This document shows, in pieces, positions 61,721 to 64,000 of a DNA stretch of 64,000 nt. The stretch comes from Camelus ferus. Taxonomy: Eukaryota. Made by a program: the position numbers and the translations under genes. The DNA lies in the NCBI RefSeq assembly GCF_009834535.1, contig NC_045698.1:8434001-8498000 (forward strand). The letters run 5' to 3'. The notes beneath the pieces are model-generated. The model saw only the letters and a program-made list of their open reading frames with translations, did not search any database and was not told where the DNA came from. Position 1 is the first letter of the stretch. Each line of letters begins with the position of its first letter.

Positions 61721-63559
61721 TCTGGTGAAGGACAGTCACGTCCAGGAGAGAAAGTGGGGACTGGATGCCTCCCTCTTAAGGGTCCCACAGGACGGGAGAC
61801 TTTGTAACTGTTGGAAAAGAGACATGAGTCTGAAATACAGAAAATTACCCAAAGGGAAAGCATAAAGCATGGTTCTATTTATGTTCATGTTAAAGTATAA
61901 AATACCCCAGTTTAAAAGCATTCAAGACGGGAAATTAGAACTAAGGAAAAAAAGTCAACGGACACCTTTCCACTGAGCAATCCATGGCTGCCGTGTTCAA
62001 GCGCTTTGGGGCTCAGCTTACAAACGTCTCAGGCACACCAGACACTATGTGGGACGTGTTTCATGGTTCAGGATTTGCCACAGCTGGCTGTAAACATAGA
62101 ATTTATTTCTATGCAATGTCAACTATCAGCCTAAGAACTTGTGTTCTTAGTCTCATCAACAACTTACTCCAAGGAACTCCTATCAGACTGCGTTTTCTTT
62201 AGAGATGCATGTCCATTATCACCCTTTATTGTGATTTGCCTATAGAAGGTGCCCCGTATGTTTAATGACTGAGAAATTAAATGATATAACCTATTACACG
62301 GCAGTCAGCTCAGAAGGTATGCCTGCTATGATAAAAGAATCACTTCTTTCCTGCAGAACTGACCTCCAAGGAGCCAGGACTAGAGTGCACGTAAGTGTGA
62401 TGCTGTAAAAATTTTTGCTTGAATCTAAATTAATAAATAGGATTTTTACTCAAGAAAAGTAGTTCTCATTAGCACCTAAAGAGGATCAGGGGCAAACTAT
62501 ATTCTTTAGGTGAAAGATTTATAAATGTATCATGCAGATAATTATTAAGAATCATAGACAGTATTAATTTTTAAAGTCACTTTTTCTTAATCTCAGCTAA
62601 TTTAAAAAAATACATATTTAACTTAGTTTTAACTCCATAAAGGAGAATCTATACCCGAGAAAAAGTGGAGAATAAAGTTTTAAGACTAATTTAGAACACA
62701 AATTTCCCAGTGAAGGAAGAGATCGGTAGCTGGGACGAGGCTACACTGAGGAAGTGCGCGGACTCTGCTGCTTGTTGATTTCTGCCTTCAAACTGGCGAC
62801 AACACACGTGGGCCCTGACACCCGCATCTCTGCTTTGAGCCTCGCACCTGCCCAATCTCAGCTTCCTAAGACAGATTTTCATTCCTCCTCACATTCCCTA
62901 TCTGCCACAAAGAATCTCACCTTTGCTATCCAAAGGATGATCAATGAATTTATTTTAATAATTGAAAAAAAAAAAAACTCTTCACAATAAGTTTCTATCA
63001 AATTCTCATCAAAGATTCTGTGGGGTCATTTTATTCACAGTAATGCATTTTTCCTTTAAGTAGCTTATCAACTCTCTCAACTCCAGACACCACTGTTTCA
63101 GCTGAAGGACTATTTCCTACGATCCAAACCCAACTAACATGTATTCCAGTCTCCCAATTATTTTTCCCATTTTTGCTACTTTCCTTCATCCTCTATGCCC
63201 TCTGTTCACTCTCACCTCTGTCTAATTGTAGACACATATGGTACCCAATCTAAAAGTTTGACTTATTTCCTTCTACACTTTTCTAGAGGCTCAGAAAAAT
63301 GTGCAAAGAAAAAACAGATTTACTACTTTGTTTTTTAAAAACAGGATAATACAATACTATGTCATTTCCTTTCTAAAATCTTCATGGATTTTTTTTTAAA
63401 GTTTAGCTATATAGCTCCAACTCATTTTTATTAATACCTGCTTAGAAAGGATATAGCTTTTACATGAAGGATTTTATAGAAAGGATATACCAGTTTTACA
63501 AGTCTTCTTCAATCAGTATTGTTCCTTTTTTTTTTCTACTTCAAATAATCCTGCACTAA

Positions 63560-64000
63560 ATACTTATATACATGAAATCTCATATTCTAGGCCATTCATT
63601 TCTACAGAACATAACGCCTAAGAATGACTAACCAAAGGCTATGGAACTTTCAAACATTCACAGCAACACATCATTTTACAAAAAGATTATAGGAATGCAC
63701 ATTCCTATTTGGAATGAAAAAGAATGTGAATTTCCTCAAAATTTAGCTATAGCAAGCTTACAATTGGTGTTATTTTTTAATGTTTGTCTATTTTGTAGAT
63801 TAAAGAAAATCATGCCTCATTTTGAACTTTATGTCCTTGATGAGTACGTTAGGGCAAAAAGTATTTGCATACACTTACTGGTTGTTTGCATTTTTTCTTC
63901 TTTGAGTTGCCCGTTGATATTTTTTTGCCTAGTTTTCGATTCTTTTATTCCTCTTTTTCTCATCAACATTAGGAAGTCTTAATATATTAATTATACCAAC
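63560..64000 (-). mobile_element. Old L1 (L1ME/L1M5-like) fragment
   Basis: ttttaatgtttgtctattttgtagatt...cacttactggttgtttgcattttttcttctttgagttgcccgttgatattttttgcc. Confidence 0.55.

Noticed and set aside
1..64000. CRISPR arrays, operons, rRNA, NUMT or processed pseudogenes
   Set aside because: Mammalian repeat landscape; no repeat-spacer array or recognisable such sequence seen by eye

Overview
Mammalian genomic DNA, most likely camelid (camel/alpaca). The evidence is three tRNA-Ala(AGC)-derived SINEs of the Vic-1 type and cetartiodactyl-type L1 3' ends. The window is mostly non-coding and AT-rich, with layered interspersed repeats: L1, L2, MIR, MLT1/LTR33, MER20/MER47/MER58/MER82/MER102, and three ERV1-type solo LTRs clustered at 24.8-28.5 kb. 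The best gene-like signal is a pair of + strand exons at 224-272 and 992-1039 with good splice sites, followed by several kb without recognisable transposons. This may be the 3' end of a gene I cannot identify. A weaker minus-strand exon pair lies at 52.3-51.5 kb. Nearly all ORFs in the track are chance or repeat-derived. I found no convincing new biological system. The most notable items are nested insertions with recoverable target-site duplications (TSDs), the LTR cluster and several candidate enhancers. Repeat subfamily names come from recalled consensus sequences and need RepeatMasker/Dfam confirmation.
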